NCBI GenBank assembly: GCA_047495785.1
Contig: JBLDXI010000033.1
Span: 806,001-870,000 of the forward strand
Source: Lepidodermella squamata
Lineage: Eukaryota > Animalia > Gastrotricha
Length of the DNA: 64,000 nucleotides
Direction of reading: 5' to 3'
Positions 11,841 to 23,175 of the stretch are shown here, one piece after another (the stretch's first letter is position 1; each line of letters opens with the position of its first letter). The position numbers were made by a program, and so were the translations under genes. The notes under the pieces were generated by a model. It did not search any database, was not told the origin of the DNA, and was given only the letters and a program-made list of their open reading frames with translations.

Positions 11841-12628
11841 GCATGGGTCATGGAACGGTCTTTTTTCAAGAACATATGCATCTGAAATCTGATGTCGAGT
11901 CATCTGAAGAGAGTCAGCTAGTTCTGTGTTCTGATTGTATGTCCCAGCAACAATAGTGGTTTGAAAATAGAAACATCATGTGATGAAAAGTTATTATGAT
12001 CAAGTTTTGCTGGTTTCAAATTTCCCAAGTCGACAAAACATTTGCAATGCTCAGGATTCAGAAAATGGTCAGAACAAATATGTATGTCGTCTAGGTAGAC
12101 ATTAGACATGTATTTGCAGACTGAAGTGACTAGATAGAAGCCTCAATGGAGACAATTTAACGCAGACATAGATCACTACGTTCTCTATGACCGTAGATGC
12201 CGAGGTTATTTTGATCTTGAGATTATTTCGGGTTTCAGGCGAATGAGTGCAACTAAGCCACAATTTCTTTAAAATTTCAGCGGTTTGATCTCTCGAGTCA
12301 GTATTTCCGGCATCTGAATTGGTCTAGCACGTAGCATGGAAATGTGAAAATGTGAAAAGCTTCGTAAGGAGACCATAAAAAAGGAAAAAGGCGTGTTACG
12401 GGAAAGTTGCTATTAACTCTGGCTTGAACATTCATCTAGCTGCCGCAAAACGCCTCTGAACAAGTTTAATTGGGAATTTTGACGTTGATAAGGGTGATGG
12501 TACAACAAAGCAGGCTTTCTAATGTCCACACTATTTTACAGTTATCCACCGAAGCTTTCTTTTATTAACTATGCAACGCCTGTCATGTCTTTCCATAACT
12601 TGAAACTTATATGAGGAATTAGGGTTAC

Positions 12629-13039
12629 TTATATGTTGGTGCAGGCTAGCAAGAATCGATCAAGAGCCACACGCTTGGCAGCCACCTCCTTGATCAGGTG
12701 GTTACAGTGAGCTATGCGCAAGCGTCTGCGATAAGACGTCTCTGATACTCTGTTTTGCGTGACTTTCAGGAAGCGTTTGACCATCGCCGATCGTACCAAA
12801 CATTCAGCCTTCTTCAGTTTGCTCGTGTTGTTCGAGCATAGCTCTTCAAGAATGTTTCGAAGATAACTTTCCTTTGGATTGCGAAAGTCACCATCGTGAA
12901 TAATTCCAACGTTCGGTAGCTGCAGGAGATCCTTCGTTTCATCCATTCTATTACAGGGCTGATTGCTATTAGATGGTATTCCATTTTCTGCCTTAGCAAT
13001 GGCATAAAAGCCAGTAAATATTAGAAACAATACGAGCAT
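12629..13039 (-). CDS. Secreted Cys-helical protein, subfamily B (B8)
   Basis: Signal peptide MLVLFLIFTGFYAIAKA; near-identical C-terminal domain to B6 and B7. Confidence 0.85.
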   Translation of the reverse strand: MLVLFLIFTGFYAIAKAENGIPSNSNQPCNRMDETKDLLQLPNVGIIHDGDFRNPKESYLRNILEELCSNNTSKLKKAECLVRSAMVKRFLKVTQNRVSETSYRRRLRIAHCNHLIKEVAAKRVALDRFLLACTNI

Positions 13040-14088
13040 TATTAAGATCGATAGATAAGTTTTAAAATGAATTTTAAAAAATGAGCTCGGAACTATCATC
13101 CAGCATTCTCCAGCCTAATATAACGGTGCGATATCTACCCTACTTACACACACAATTCAGCTGAAACCAGGCATGTTCTGAGTCAAGTCCATTATTGACA
13201 TTTATGTTTCGATATTAGACGTCATTTGCGGTTTAATGACTGCATGTGACATTGTGCCCTTGTTATACATGTCTGTTATGAATGGAGTCCGAAAATAACC
13301 TATAATATAATTTCATTAGGGCGACAATTCGAATGGATTATAATTGTCTTGAAATTGTCTTGAACATTATCATTGAAAGAAATGTCGATAAATCGAGAAT
13401 ATAAGATAATATCGGGATAATATCGCATTATAGCAAAGGGTATTATGTAACATGTGCACCTTACCGCACATTTTAAAACATTCGTCCAATGTCTAAGCCA
13501 GCCACGTTAATTTCGATAAAGAAGCATGAAGCCTGAACGAATCCAAGATCCAACCATTCTTCAATGGTTTCTGTGTAGTCGGAATAGTTTTGTCAAAGAT
13601 CCGCCGTTAAAAATGGAATTGGTGATTATTCTCTTCAATTTCGGTAGAGATTTTCCAGACAGCTGAAAGCCTGAATATCAGTTGGGTCATTCCACAAGCC
13701 GGTTGTTGGATCATCTTAACAACCTTCAGACGTCACTCGACATCTGTTCAGTTTAAAGCTCGGTCGTCCACGAGAAAAAGGCGTTCCAGGAGAACTTGAG
13801 GGATTTTGTCCTGTCCACTCCGAGGTAATTACCTAATTTTTTCGTTTCATCAGAGCTGTTTACAACAAGACAGAGGTGAACGTGACTCGTTTCGTCTGTT
13901 GTGTTTTACCGTGAATAGTAACGATTTCTACCCTATGATCAATTCTCGCATCTTCTCGCCCGAGCAGGCTTGTTTATCCCGCCAATCATAGCTAAGTGGC
14001 TGAGCTTAGGGATCATAATAACTTCGTGAAATCTTATGAGCTATCACCAAATGTTCTTTCAACATTTCCAGCGCTGACAGATACCTAC

Positions 14089-14485
14089 ATGAAGTTGGAA
14101 AGAACATTTTCTATCGCTTTGCATTCTTTGTTGGTCATATCAATGGCGCTGGGCTCTCTAAAATCTGACTTTGAAGCTTTGAAATCCATCAGCCCTTTAG
14201 CTCGAAAGGAGCTTGCTCGGCATTTCGGCGTTAATGATCGAATGATAACGTGTGAGTTCTAGTAGGACTCATTTCATCGAAAGATTCACGAATATCTTAT
14301 TATTTGCAGATGAGAAGTCTGGAATTTCTGTAGGATTTATTTTCAACGAGATTATCGCCGCACTGCTGTCTAAACAATCTTGCAGTACGGAGAAATGCAG
14401 ACAGGAATTTAATCAGACGCTAATCGGCTTGATCGCCTATCTTCGATATCTCCAGAACAGTTACTACTCATTCATCATTTTTTGA
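14089..14485 (+). CDS. Secreted protein, subfamily D (D2), 2 exons (14089-14251, 14310-14485)
   Basis: Signal-like N-terminus; 58-bp phase-1 intron at the same position as D1; KQSCSTEKC, LIGLIAYLRYLQ. Confidence 0.8.
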
Positions 14486-14509
14486 AATTAACGAGGGAGA
14501 CTGCTCGAG

Positions 14510-14698
14510 AAACATGTCTTCTTTTATGAGACAAATGTCTTATTTCAGCCGACAACCAGAAGTGTGACTCGGAATAACCGACTTCGAATTAGCCTAAATT
14601 CTAACTTTGCCCAATTGCCAAGCCCAGGAACCTGAAAATTCAGTCGGTTTGATTCGATCTGAATTTAGACATTTTTCTGATAAAAGAAGACGTGTGTT
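14510..14698. repeat. Imperfect ~38-bp inverted repeat (probable MITE remnant)
   Basis: AAACATGTCTTCTTTTATGAGACAAATGTCTTATTTCAG versus CTGAATTTAGACATTTTTCTGATAAAAGAAGACGTGTGTT. Confidence 0.55.
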
Positions 14699-15891
14699 TG
14701 ATGAAATGAGTCACCCGATTGCCCTACAAAATATTATACGGTGGATGTTATTAGGAACTTAATCCTAACATAACTCAAAAAATCGTTTTTCACGACTCGA
14801 CGCTGAAAAAATGTTGAAATAAAAAAAGACGAACCAAATATTCGATATCATCCGTAGCTCTTTCAGAATAATTACCGCTGATGAAAAACGGGAAAAATCA
14901 AGCGTTGGAGGACGCAAGTGTTGAAACGTTTTGGTTACAAAAATATAACGACTGCTTTGAATTTAGGGCGACTGCAACTTTTTCGAGAATTTAGAACAGC
15001 AGGATCCAATCAAACTAAATCCTTTTTCTTGTCTCGGCTTTTGAGCGAGTGCTCAAAAGTTTCAGCAAAACTGAACTATGGCTGAACTTTGGTCATCCAT
15101 GACACCTTGTGGCTTGCTGATGAAATAAGACACTATGTAGTCTGTTAAGAATAGATATATATCTGAAGAAAAAACTGTTCTATTTCAGGAATAGACCGAT
15201 GACACTTTGTTCTACGTTCTACACATCGAAGCTCTAACGACAGTAAAGGCGTTCCAGAGTTAGCAGGAGGCAAAGAAGACAAAGGTCAAACCTTTGAATT
15301 CTCGAATCGCAACCTGCATTTTTTATGAAAAGTTCATTCTAAAGAATGTCAATTAGTGAATAAGATGTAATCCTAATTGAAATTTGCGCAGTATTATTAG
15401 ACGAATGTTTTCCCTTTCCTCTGGAATTTGAACGCCATAGGATCTAGGATGCACTCAAGGAGCCCTACGCGTGAAAGATATTCTTCCCCTTCCTGAAGCA
15501 TTCCCGCGTCCACTCGTGATACCTTCTAGATGAGGTCGTTAAGTGGAAAAGGAAAAAGATCACGAAGGAAACTCGCGCACCGCGCTCAGCCAACATCCGC
15601 AATTTGTGAGCCGTAATCTCCGGCATCTTCATATTTCCATCCTCAAAACAATCTCAACAGACCTATAAGGCGTGGGCTATTTGACTCTTGATAATGGTGA
15701 TTATGCGCGCATCTGCTTGTTATTTAACGATGAATTGTGTATTTTGATCAAGTGTAAGCCAATAGATTGCCTTGGAATCTGCTCCTAAAAGGCTTCTAAT
15801 CTACTGTTAAATATTCATCACATGATCGATTAGCAACTTGCAAATGAATGGTTAAACTAACGAATTCACTTTTCTCGTATTTTTTAGAACA

Positions 15892-16364
15892 ATGCAGAGT
15901 TTTTATCTCATTTCAAGCTATGGACTTATATTGCTCGTGGCTCTGGTAGCCTGTGATGACAACGACCTGGCTGGAGAGCTTGCCGATGCAGCGAACAAAG
16001 GTTCAAATGTTGAAGGTGAGATGCTTAAGATGCCCCAAGAATATAGGACATAAGACTAACGCTTATGTTTTTTTTCCCAGGGATGATAGGAGTGATCCGG
16101 AAGCAAGTGGAGATTTGTAAATCCAACCCGGAGCTAACATCAACTACTCGATGCGCCGTTCTATTAGCAAATTTCGAGCAGGCCATGGCTAAGATATTTT
16201 TACTGCAGAAGCAGAAGGATGGCGAGGAAATGGCGCGGCGTAAAGAGTTATGCATGAAGAAATTCAACTCGGCTTCGATTTGCTCGCAAAACGGCCCGTT
16301 CTTCATTTGGGCGAAAAAGATGGCTCGGGACATCCTAGAAGGCAAGGTTGCTGCCAGGAAGTAA
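15892..16364 (+). CDS. Secreted Cys-helical protein, subfamily C (C1), exons 15892-16015, 16081-16364
   Basis: Signal peptide and acidic pro-segment in exon 1; 65-bp phase-1 intron with GACTAAC branch site; C-x11-C-x32-C-x9-C-xQNGPFFxWAK. Confidence 0.85.
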
Positions 16365-17247
16365 TCTGTCCGCCTACTTTTCTCTAGTTGAAGCTTTAAT
16401 AATTTAAACTGTTGTTTACTGTTTTCTTTAATTGCGGGGTGTTATTGAGTTTGGCTTGTCACACTATGTTTGCATCATTCTTAGGTAAGAAAATAAACGA
16501 GGCTGGTGATATATTATGGATTCTAATGCAAAAGCAATTTTCTATAATTGACAGTTTAATATGTTTATGGTAGAATGTTGGGGATAAGCCGATATTCAAG
16601 TCGCATTGCAAATAAATACACTCTCGCTATAATCATTTTCATGCCTGTGGGTGCTCCGTAGATCAGCGAGAGTCCTCCGAGAAAAGGTTCCTCAGTGTGA
16701 TGAAACCTATCTAGAACTGTCAGTCAGCTTTGATCGAAATTTTGCAAAATCGACCGTGCCTGACTTTTTTATTGGCATCGTGGTGACATTCTGCCAAACA
16801 AGATTCGGATCACTCCAAAATTCGTTGAATTTTATTCGTTTTCAACACAATGTGATCATCCAGCTTTTGTTAACACTGACATTTGGTTTGGCAGCCAGCT
16901 TGGGTAACTAATTAAAAAACTGGCTGATTGACCTTTGATCATTCTTGTGGCGAAACGAAGACACCAAATTTCACAGGAACGTCTGCTTTCTGCCGCCGCT
17001 AGTGATGGTACACTACAGGCGGGTAAAGTGTAACGCCCTCGTTAAAGTGTGTCTAATGATCAATTTATTTCAAATTCAACAAACTTCAAAGCCCTAAAAA
17101 TGTCAATTGCCATGTGATTAAGGATATGTGCGGTTGATTGAAGATTCGCGTGTTGTAATTTGCTTGTCGTGTGTTGTGGCAATTCAATTATATATCGGCT
17201 CCACAGGTTTTCAGTTGAGAGAATACAGCTCCTCAGTTTGCGAAAAA

Positions 17248-17706
17248 ATGGGCGGAATAGCACAGCTTTTTTGGATAACTCCCCTCTTGATGCTGGCGAA
17301 TGCAAACGATTCAGCAGATCTTGACCAGTTTCCCGAACTTTTCCTGAGCTTTCCCAGACTTTTTCGAACTGCTGAAGGTAAGCTGGTAACCTAAACAATC
17401 GTGGCGATTACGGTATTTTCTCTCATACCAGGTAGTCTGGATTCGTTTCGCAAGCAGTTCGAACATTGCAGAGACGGTACTGAAATGAGGTCTAACCCTC
17501 AATGTATTACCTTGATAACCAGCTTCAAGCGTGTTGTATCAAGAGCCGTGAAAGCAAGGAAGCTTCAAGAAGCTGATCTAATGAATCAACGCCGCGAGCT
17601 TTGCATGAAACAATTCAATTCCCAGGCGATCTGCCTTCAAAATGGACCGTTTTTTCTCTGGGCCAAAATTGTTGCTCGCGTAATCATGGAAGGAAAAGAG
17701 AAATAA
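17248..17706 (+). CDS. Secreted Cys-helical protein, subfamily C (C2), exons 17248-17377, 17432-17706
   Basis: 54-bp phase-1 intron; conserved RRELCMKQFNSQAICLQNGPFFLWAK. Confidence 0.85.
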
Positions 17707-18120
17707 CGCCAGTTTCCGCTACTTTAACTTGAAAATAGTTGTAGTTGTTTAGCATGAAGCCTTTGCTGTTCTATAGTGACTTTTCTACACCATCCACGGG
17801 ATATTTGCTTTCAAAGCACGTGCATTGGTTTACAGTAAAAAGTTGTTATTTGGGTTGCAGCCAATTGCTCTGATCGGATGAACCTGATCTAGACATTGCA
17901 ACGCCCACCCTGAATATGAATTACCCATATTTCAGTTTCCACAGACGTGAAAACCCTAAAAAAGTCGAATAATTGGCTATTATCGTCCGTTAGAATTCAA
18001 GAATCTCATGCCTGCCGTAAATCACGTGCTGTCAGTAGGTGGTGTGGCTATCTAGTTACACTGACTCCATCACCGCGGTTCTGCAGAGAGAAAGCATCTT
18101 CTTGCAATAACGTTAAATAA

Positions 18121-19090
18121 ATGGGCGGATTTTCGCAGTTTTTATGGCCACAGTTTCTCTGGATGATTCCCCTCGTCATACCAGCGAACGCTCAAGATCT
18201 AACTGATCGAGACTTGGCCTTCTCCAGACTTTTCGGAACAACAGAAGGTAAGTTCATAACCCAAAGTTGGGGATGAATAATTATGCAGAGTGGCTATTCG
18301 TACATATATATGTACGCGAAAATGGCTATTCGTACATATATTTTTGGAAAAAATTTGAACTGATGTACAATTTTTGAGATAACACGTTGAATTTTTTACT
18401 ACAGATCGGAAATTGGGTGAATTTAGAACCCTGAATTTTTCAGCTCCGTGGGCACATCCCTAAGGAAACTAGAGGGGTAAATGATGAATCGGTTTTAGGC
18501 CCATCCCGAAAGGTAGGTTTGTCCCAGCATGTCAATCTTTTTGGCACAACTTCTGCACAATTAGGCACATCTTTCCCTAAATTCTCAAGTCTCTGTGAGC
18601 TACCGTTAAAATTCGGCATCGAATTCAATATCATCGAAAAATCAGCTGAAAATATGTACGAATAGCCATTTTCGCGTACATATATATGTACGAATAGCCA
18701 TTTTCGCGTACATATATATGTACGAATAGCCAAAATGGCGTACATATGTATGTACGAATAGCCGCACTCATAATTATGATATTTTTCTGTTCTACAACAG
18801 CAAGTCTTAATTCGTTTCGCAAACAGTTCAAATATTGCAAAGCCGATACCGAAAGGAGATCTACTCCGATATGTATTGCCCTGATGACCAGCCTCAAGCG
18901 CGTTCTATCATCAGCTATCAAAGCGAAAAAGCTCCAAGAGGCAGATATTTTGAATCAGCGACTTGAGATGTGCATGAAGCAATTCAGTTCCAAGGCGATC
19001 TGTCATCAAAATGGACCGTTCTTTATCTGGGCCAAACTTGTTGCGCGCGAAATCATGGAAGGAAAAGAGAAACATTATTTGATTAATTAA
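18121..19090 (+). CDS. Secreted Cys-helical protein, subfamily C (C3), exons 18121-18247, 18801-19090
   Basis: Exon 1 homologous to C2 exon 1 (MGG.SQ..W...RLF.T.E|GTAAG); intron expanded by a MITE; exon 2 close paralog of C2. Confidence 0.85.
18286..18769. mobile_element. MITE with 9-bp TSD (Mutator-like) in the C3 intron
   Basis: Direct repeat ATAATTATG at 18277-18285 and 18770-18778; TIRs built from a 32-bp unit containing palindrome CGTACATATATATGTACG; removing it restores a ~60-bp intron like that of C2. Confidence 0.85.
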
Positions 19091-19432
19091 CTTCATACAA
19101 AGCGTAGTTGTTACGAATCAAGTAGTCGTCATCATATGATCTTTCTTAATCGTTTAGCATGACAATATCATTAGAGAAATGTCTAGACTTCGGTGGCAGT
19201 AAATACTGTTTGGTCATTTCGGTGAACTTGAAACAAGGTCCCTTCACGAGAACTCCGACGAGTGTAATTGATAGCTGACAAATAAAGCCTCGTCACTTTA
19301 GGGCATAATGTCTGCACAATTTAGAGCGTGTTGACTTCGGACGATCAAAAAACCGCAATAAAAAGCCGATTTTTCTGTCACTCACCTATCATTTCTCCAG
19401 GTCAAGAGATTCAAAGAAAATATTTTTAAACA

Positions 19433-19886
19433 ATGCTACTAGTATTTGAATTCGTTATTTTACTGTTGTCTAAAGCCATCACGGATTCCGCTGTGATTGC
19501 CGATACACGAGGAATAAATCTGGTAAGATCCCCTGCGGCAATTCCATCTCAAGTACAGCATGATGGTAAGAATTTTCGCTATATTCTCTTCATGTCATCA
19601 AAAATCTCATTCAGATGGATTATTGAAGTTTCGCCAATCTGTAGCAGAGTGCAGGCAGATGAAAATGAAGACGCCGAGGTGCGCTGTTCTGCTGCGAAGT
19701 TTCGAGCGAGCGATAAACTTAGCCTACAGAATAAAGAAGGAACGAGATGGCAAAGAAACGGCGAGGCGTCTCGAACGCTGCATGGAGCAATTCAGGTCCA
19801 CATCAATTTGCCACCAGACAGGTCCTTTCTATATCTGGGCGAAAATTGCTGCGCGAAATATCATTGATGGGACAACGCCGGTGTAG
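19433..19886 (+). CDS. Secreted Cys-helical protein, subfamily C (C4), exons 19433-19565, 19615-19886
   Basis: Signal peptide; 49-bp phase-1 intron; C-x9-C-x32-C-x9-C. Confidence 0.85.
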
Positions 19887-20165
19887 TTAATAGGATGCTG
19901 TTAATCAATATCTGCTGGACAGAGTTTAGCTTTAAATTAAAATTTGATGCGCGAAAAGTCCGATCGCCGGATGTTTTGCTTGCCACTAGTTTTTATTGAA
20001 CTCGTCCTACTTGGAACACGAATAAAATATCGATTTCTTTGAACTTGATTGACCACTCTCCTTTTCCGTCAACAACAGGTTCACATGAAGGAAGTCAGGG
20101 GGCTACGGGGGGCTTAAGTATTCGACAAGAAGTTCTTTTATCTCAGTAATGCTCATAACTATATC

Positions 20166-20622
20166 ATGATTCAAACATCATTGTGCGTGACACTCCTTGT
20201 TATTGCATCAGTGAAGTCTCAATCGGCTGAGAGTGGGGAGAATAATTTGGGCGGATTCCTTCCACTTATGCTGCGATCAAACCCTTCTCGTAAGACTTTC
20301 AAACTTGAAAATAATAATTTCGTTATCTTTTCATTCTGCAGTAACTGCTGATGCTTATCGAAGACATGCTCAATTATGCGCGTCATATCAACAGGTGGGC
20401 GATTCAGTTCAATGCCGTAATTTGCTAATTGGCCTGAAACGTGCCATAAGCAAAGCCATGGTCATCTCACAACGTAGGCAGCAAGAAGATCGGAATCGGC
20501 GTCTCGAGTTATGCATGCAAGTCTTCAAGTCGTTGCCGATTTGTCAGCAAAATACTACGCCTTTCTACATATGGGCTCGTATGCTAGCGCGAGATATTAT
20601 TGAAGGCAATAATGTGTTGTGA
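20166..20622 (+). CDS. Secreted Cys-helical protein, subfamily C (C5), exons 20166-20289, 20342-20622
   Basis: Signal peptide; 52-bp phase-1 intron; RRLELCMQVFKSLPICQQNTTPFYIWAR. Confidence 0.85.
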
Positions 20623-20718
20623 AATGATAGCTTTTTAATTTGTTCAATTTATCAACTTGAACTTGGGCTGAAATAAATTCGATTTTGTATCGCTACGTGC
20701 GTTGATTCAGGTCAAAAT

Positions 20719-21185
20719 CAGCTCGTCGTGCGTGCGGCCAACAGTCCCATGTTCATCCTAGTTCGAAAATGAGATTTTTACGGTTTCAGACTCAGTTTTT
20801 CATGCTGGTCAATAATCTGATACCCGCATCTCCTTATTCGCCAGGTCCTATGTCCTATGTCCACTTTCGTGTTTTTTTACCAGGTCATTCTTTTCGCAGA
20901 TAAAACGTCCTATGTCATGATCAAGAAAATTGCATAAACAAATGGATGTGTGCATGAGGAATCGAACCGCTTCCTAACAAAAAGTCCTATCTGCAACGCA
21001 TGTCCCTATTGCTCGATAACGATGCAAAGTCGGTCATACTGGTCGGTGCCATTCGACCCGCCATAATTGAATACCCCTACTTTGGCATATTTTACTGAAA
21101 ATTTCCAAAATAAGGCTGATTTTCGATTTATCTCAAAGTTAACCCTCGATGACATAGGACTATTGGCCGCACGCACGACGAACTG
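20719..21185. mobile_element. MITE with CAG...CTG ends (hAT-like?)
   Basis: ~40-bp TIRs CAGCTCGTCGTGCGTGCGGCCAACAGTCCCATG and CATAGGACTATTGGCCGCACGCACGACGAACTG; near-TSD (G)TCAAAAT / (G)TCAAACT. Confidence 0.75.
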
Positions 21186-21354
21186 TCAAACTTGAAGTAA
21201 TAGGGCGTGAAGGATTGTATCAGGTTGTTCAGCCTACGCTCCTGTGCACTAAAAATTCATCGCTCAGACACGTATGGCCCTGTTATTGCTAATGAATTCA
21301 GACTTACCGTTGCAATTGTAGGTAATCTGTCGCATTTTCTTTCATCATTTATCT

Positions 21355-21807
21355 ATGGCAATGGAAATCACATTCGTGTTTGTGCTGGTCATGTTTACTG
21401 CAGTGGCTAGGCCATATTTAATCGAAGATTTTTCTATCCTTAATCCTGGCGATTATTTCTCCTTGCTACGGTCTAATCCTTCAGGTATGGTTTTTTTTGT
21501 TTTTTTTTTAACTGAAATTGTTTATTCATTTTTTGACCCAGCTAACTTAGACTCCTTTCGACGATACAGGCAACTTTGCCTTGATTCTCGTGATCAAAAA
21601 AGCGTTCCATGTCGCTTGTTACATCTCGGCTTGAAACGAGCTCTCAACAAAGCTGCAATTGTTAATCAGCGACGTCAAACCGAGGAACGCGATCGTCGCC
21701 TGGAGATATGCAAGGGCGTTTTCAACTCAGAGGCAATTTGTGAACAAAGCAAGGCTCCATTTTACGTATGGGCTCGTTTAGTAGCCCGAGATATTGTCGA
21801 TGGCTGA
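21355..21807 (+). CDS. Secreted Cys-helical protein, subfamily C (C6), exons 21355-21484, 21542-21807
   Basis: Signal peptide; in-frame 57-bp T-rich intron at the conserved phase-1 site after LRSNPS; ends in ...DIVDG*. Confidence 0.85.
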   Translation: MAMEITFVFVLVMFTAVARPYLIEDFSILNPGDYFSLLRSNPSGMVFFVFFLTEIVYSFFDPANLDSFRRYRQLCLDSRDQKSVPCRLLHLGLKRALNKAAIVNQRRQTEERDRRLEICKGVFNSEAICEQSKAPFYVWARLVARDIVDG

Positions 21808-21844
21808 ACTCATCGTTATTTGCCAAGAGAATAAGTTAATTAGG

Positions 21845-23026
21845 TCATTTATTTCGACCGAATATTGTCATAAAAATGCCGTTTGCCGTAGCTGCTATCG
21901 TGAATAACAGAATGCCAAGGCCAGTGATGTACCTAGTGGTATTTAGAATAAATACAAAATCTAATTATTTTAACATTCCACTCACTTTCTGCCGGGGCTT
22001 TCTACATAATTAAACGAATTGAGGTACCTAAGTACCGAGTCGAAAACAAAATTATTATCATTATTGTGAAATTCAAATGTCTTACAATAGCTGCATTATG
22101 CCAACAGGTAAGAGGCAGAAAATGCCAGAAAAAGCCGCCATCGATAGAATACAGATCAAATCACTCCGCAAATAATTCCTCGAACGGAGTTCTTCACGGG
22201 ATTTCAACAGACTATCGTCGTTTTTCGATTGACTTCTAAATAGCCTCCAGGTTAAAACTGAGTAAACCAGTGTGATAATCAGCGGAATTCCCAGATGAAA
22301 TACAAGAAATCCGAGCAAGCTGTAGCCGAGTCGATAAAGATCGGTCAAGCTGAATTGGGTAGCCATGAAATGAAAAATGTAAGATTCGCACACTGTATCA
22401 TTTCGAATAACTCCCAGCGATAAAACATCTCCTTTGATTGAAAAAGCAACCGGAATCGCCATTAAGCAGGCCATGAAGCATATGCTAATGATGACGACGC
22501 AATTTTTCCTTACTTCGAATCTGCGTAATTGTTTTGAGAATTCGCGAACTTTCGCCTGATTATAAATGACGATAATCCCAGCGATCATGAGCCATGCTGT
22601 CGACAGCTCAGCAGCTCTCGATATTGGGGCTCCGATGACATATGCAGCCATGTAAGTTCGGTCTGGAATTCGCAAAATTTCCAAGTCGGGATAATCGACA
22701 CTTCGCAGACCGAGTATTGCAAGAGTCACCAGTTGGAAGATATCAGTGATTGATATGGCTAAAAAGTAGCTCGAGTAAGACCGCTTGTTTAGGGACTTCA
22801 ACAAAAATATAGCTGCGATTAAATTTGCGAAAATTCCGACAATTGACAACGGTATCGTGCCGTATACTGTGTCAAATTGGAAAAGTTGGAAAAATTCAAT
22901 AAAAAATTTCAAGTTACCATGGATGTAATATTCAATGACTTCGACGTCATAATATCCGGCTTCTCCATAAGCAGATCTATTCAAAAATCGTTCTTCGATG
23001 TAGCAAGTATTTCCATCATCCTCCAT
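21845..23026 (-). CDS. Rhodopsin-class GPCR, FMRFamide/peptide-receptor-like (atypical), about 4 exons
   Basis: About 7 hydrophobic segments; TM1 GIFAN, TM2 LAISITD, LYRLGY...IPL TM5; spliced 3' exons give TM7 ATANGIF; intron pattern shared with its neighbour. Confidence 0.75.
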
Positions 23027-23175
23027 GTCGGCGTTTTTTCACTTTGAAAGTTTATTCTAAGCTACAACATGCTGTAGTTTTATTGCTTCTTTTATTAAGG
23101 GTAAATAAACGTAATAGTTGTGCTTTTTTCTTGAGGTTTCTATTGTTCGGACTGCCGGACGCATTTTCCCCCTAT

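Noticed and set aside
18290-18770. 32-bp repeats resembling a CRISPR array
   Set aside because: Tandem units without unique spacers, arranged as MITE TIRs in a eukaryotic intron
3380-20166. Polypyrimidine-AG just before several ATGs, suggesting SL trans-splicing or operons
   Set aside because: Several of the genes have their own TATA boxes and the signal is inconsistent; it cannot be supported without 5' cDNA
15892-21807. Twin Cx9C resemblance to mitochondrial CHCH proteins
   Set aside because: Signal peptides are present, the spacer is 32 aa rather than about 10, and the first motif varies x9-x11
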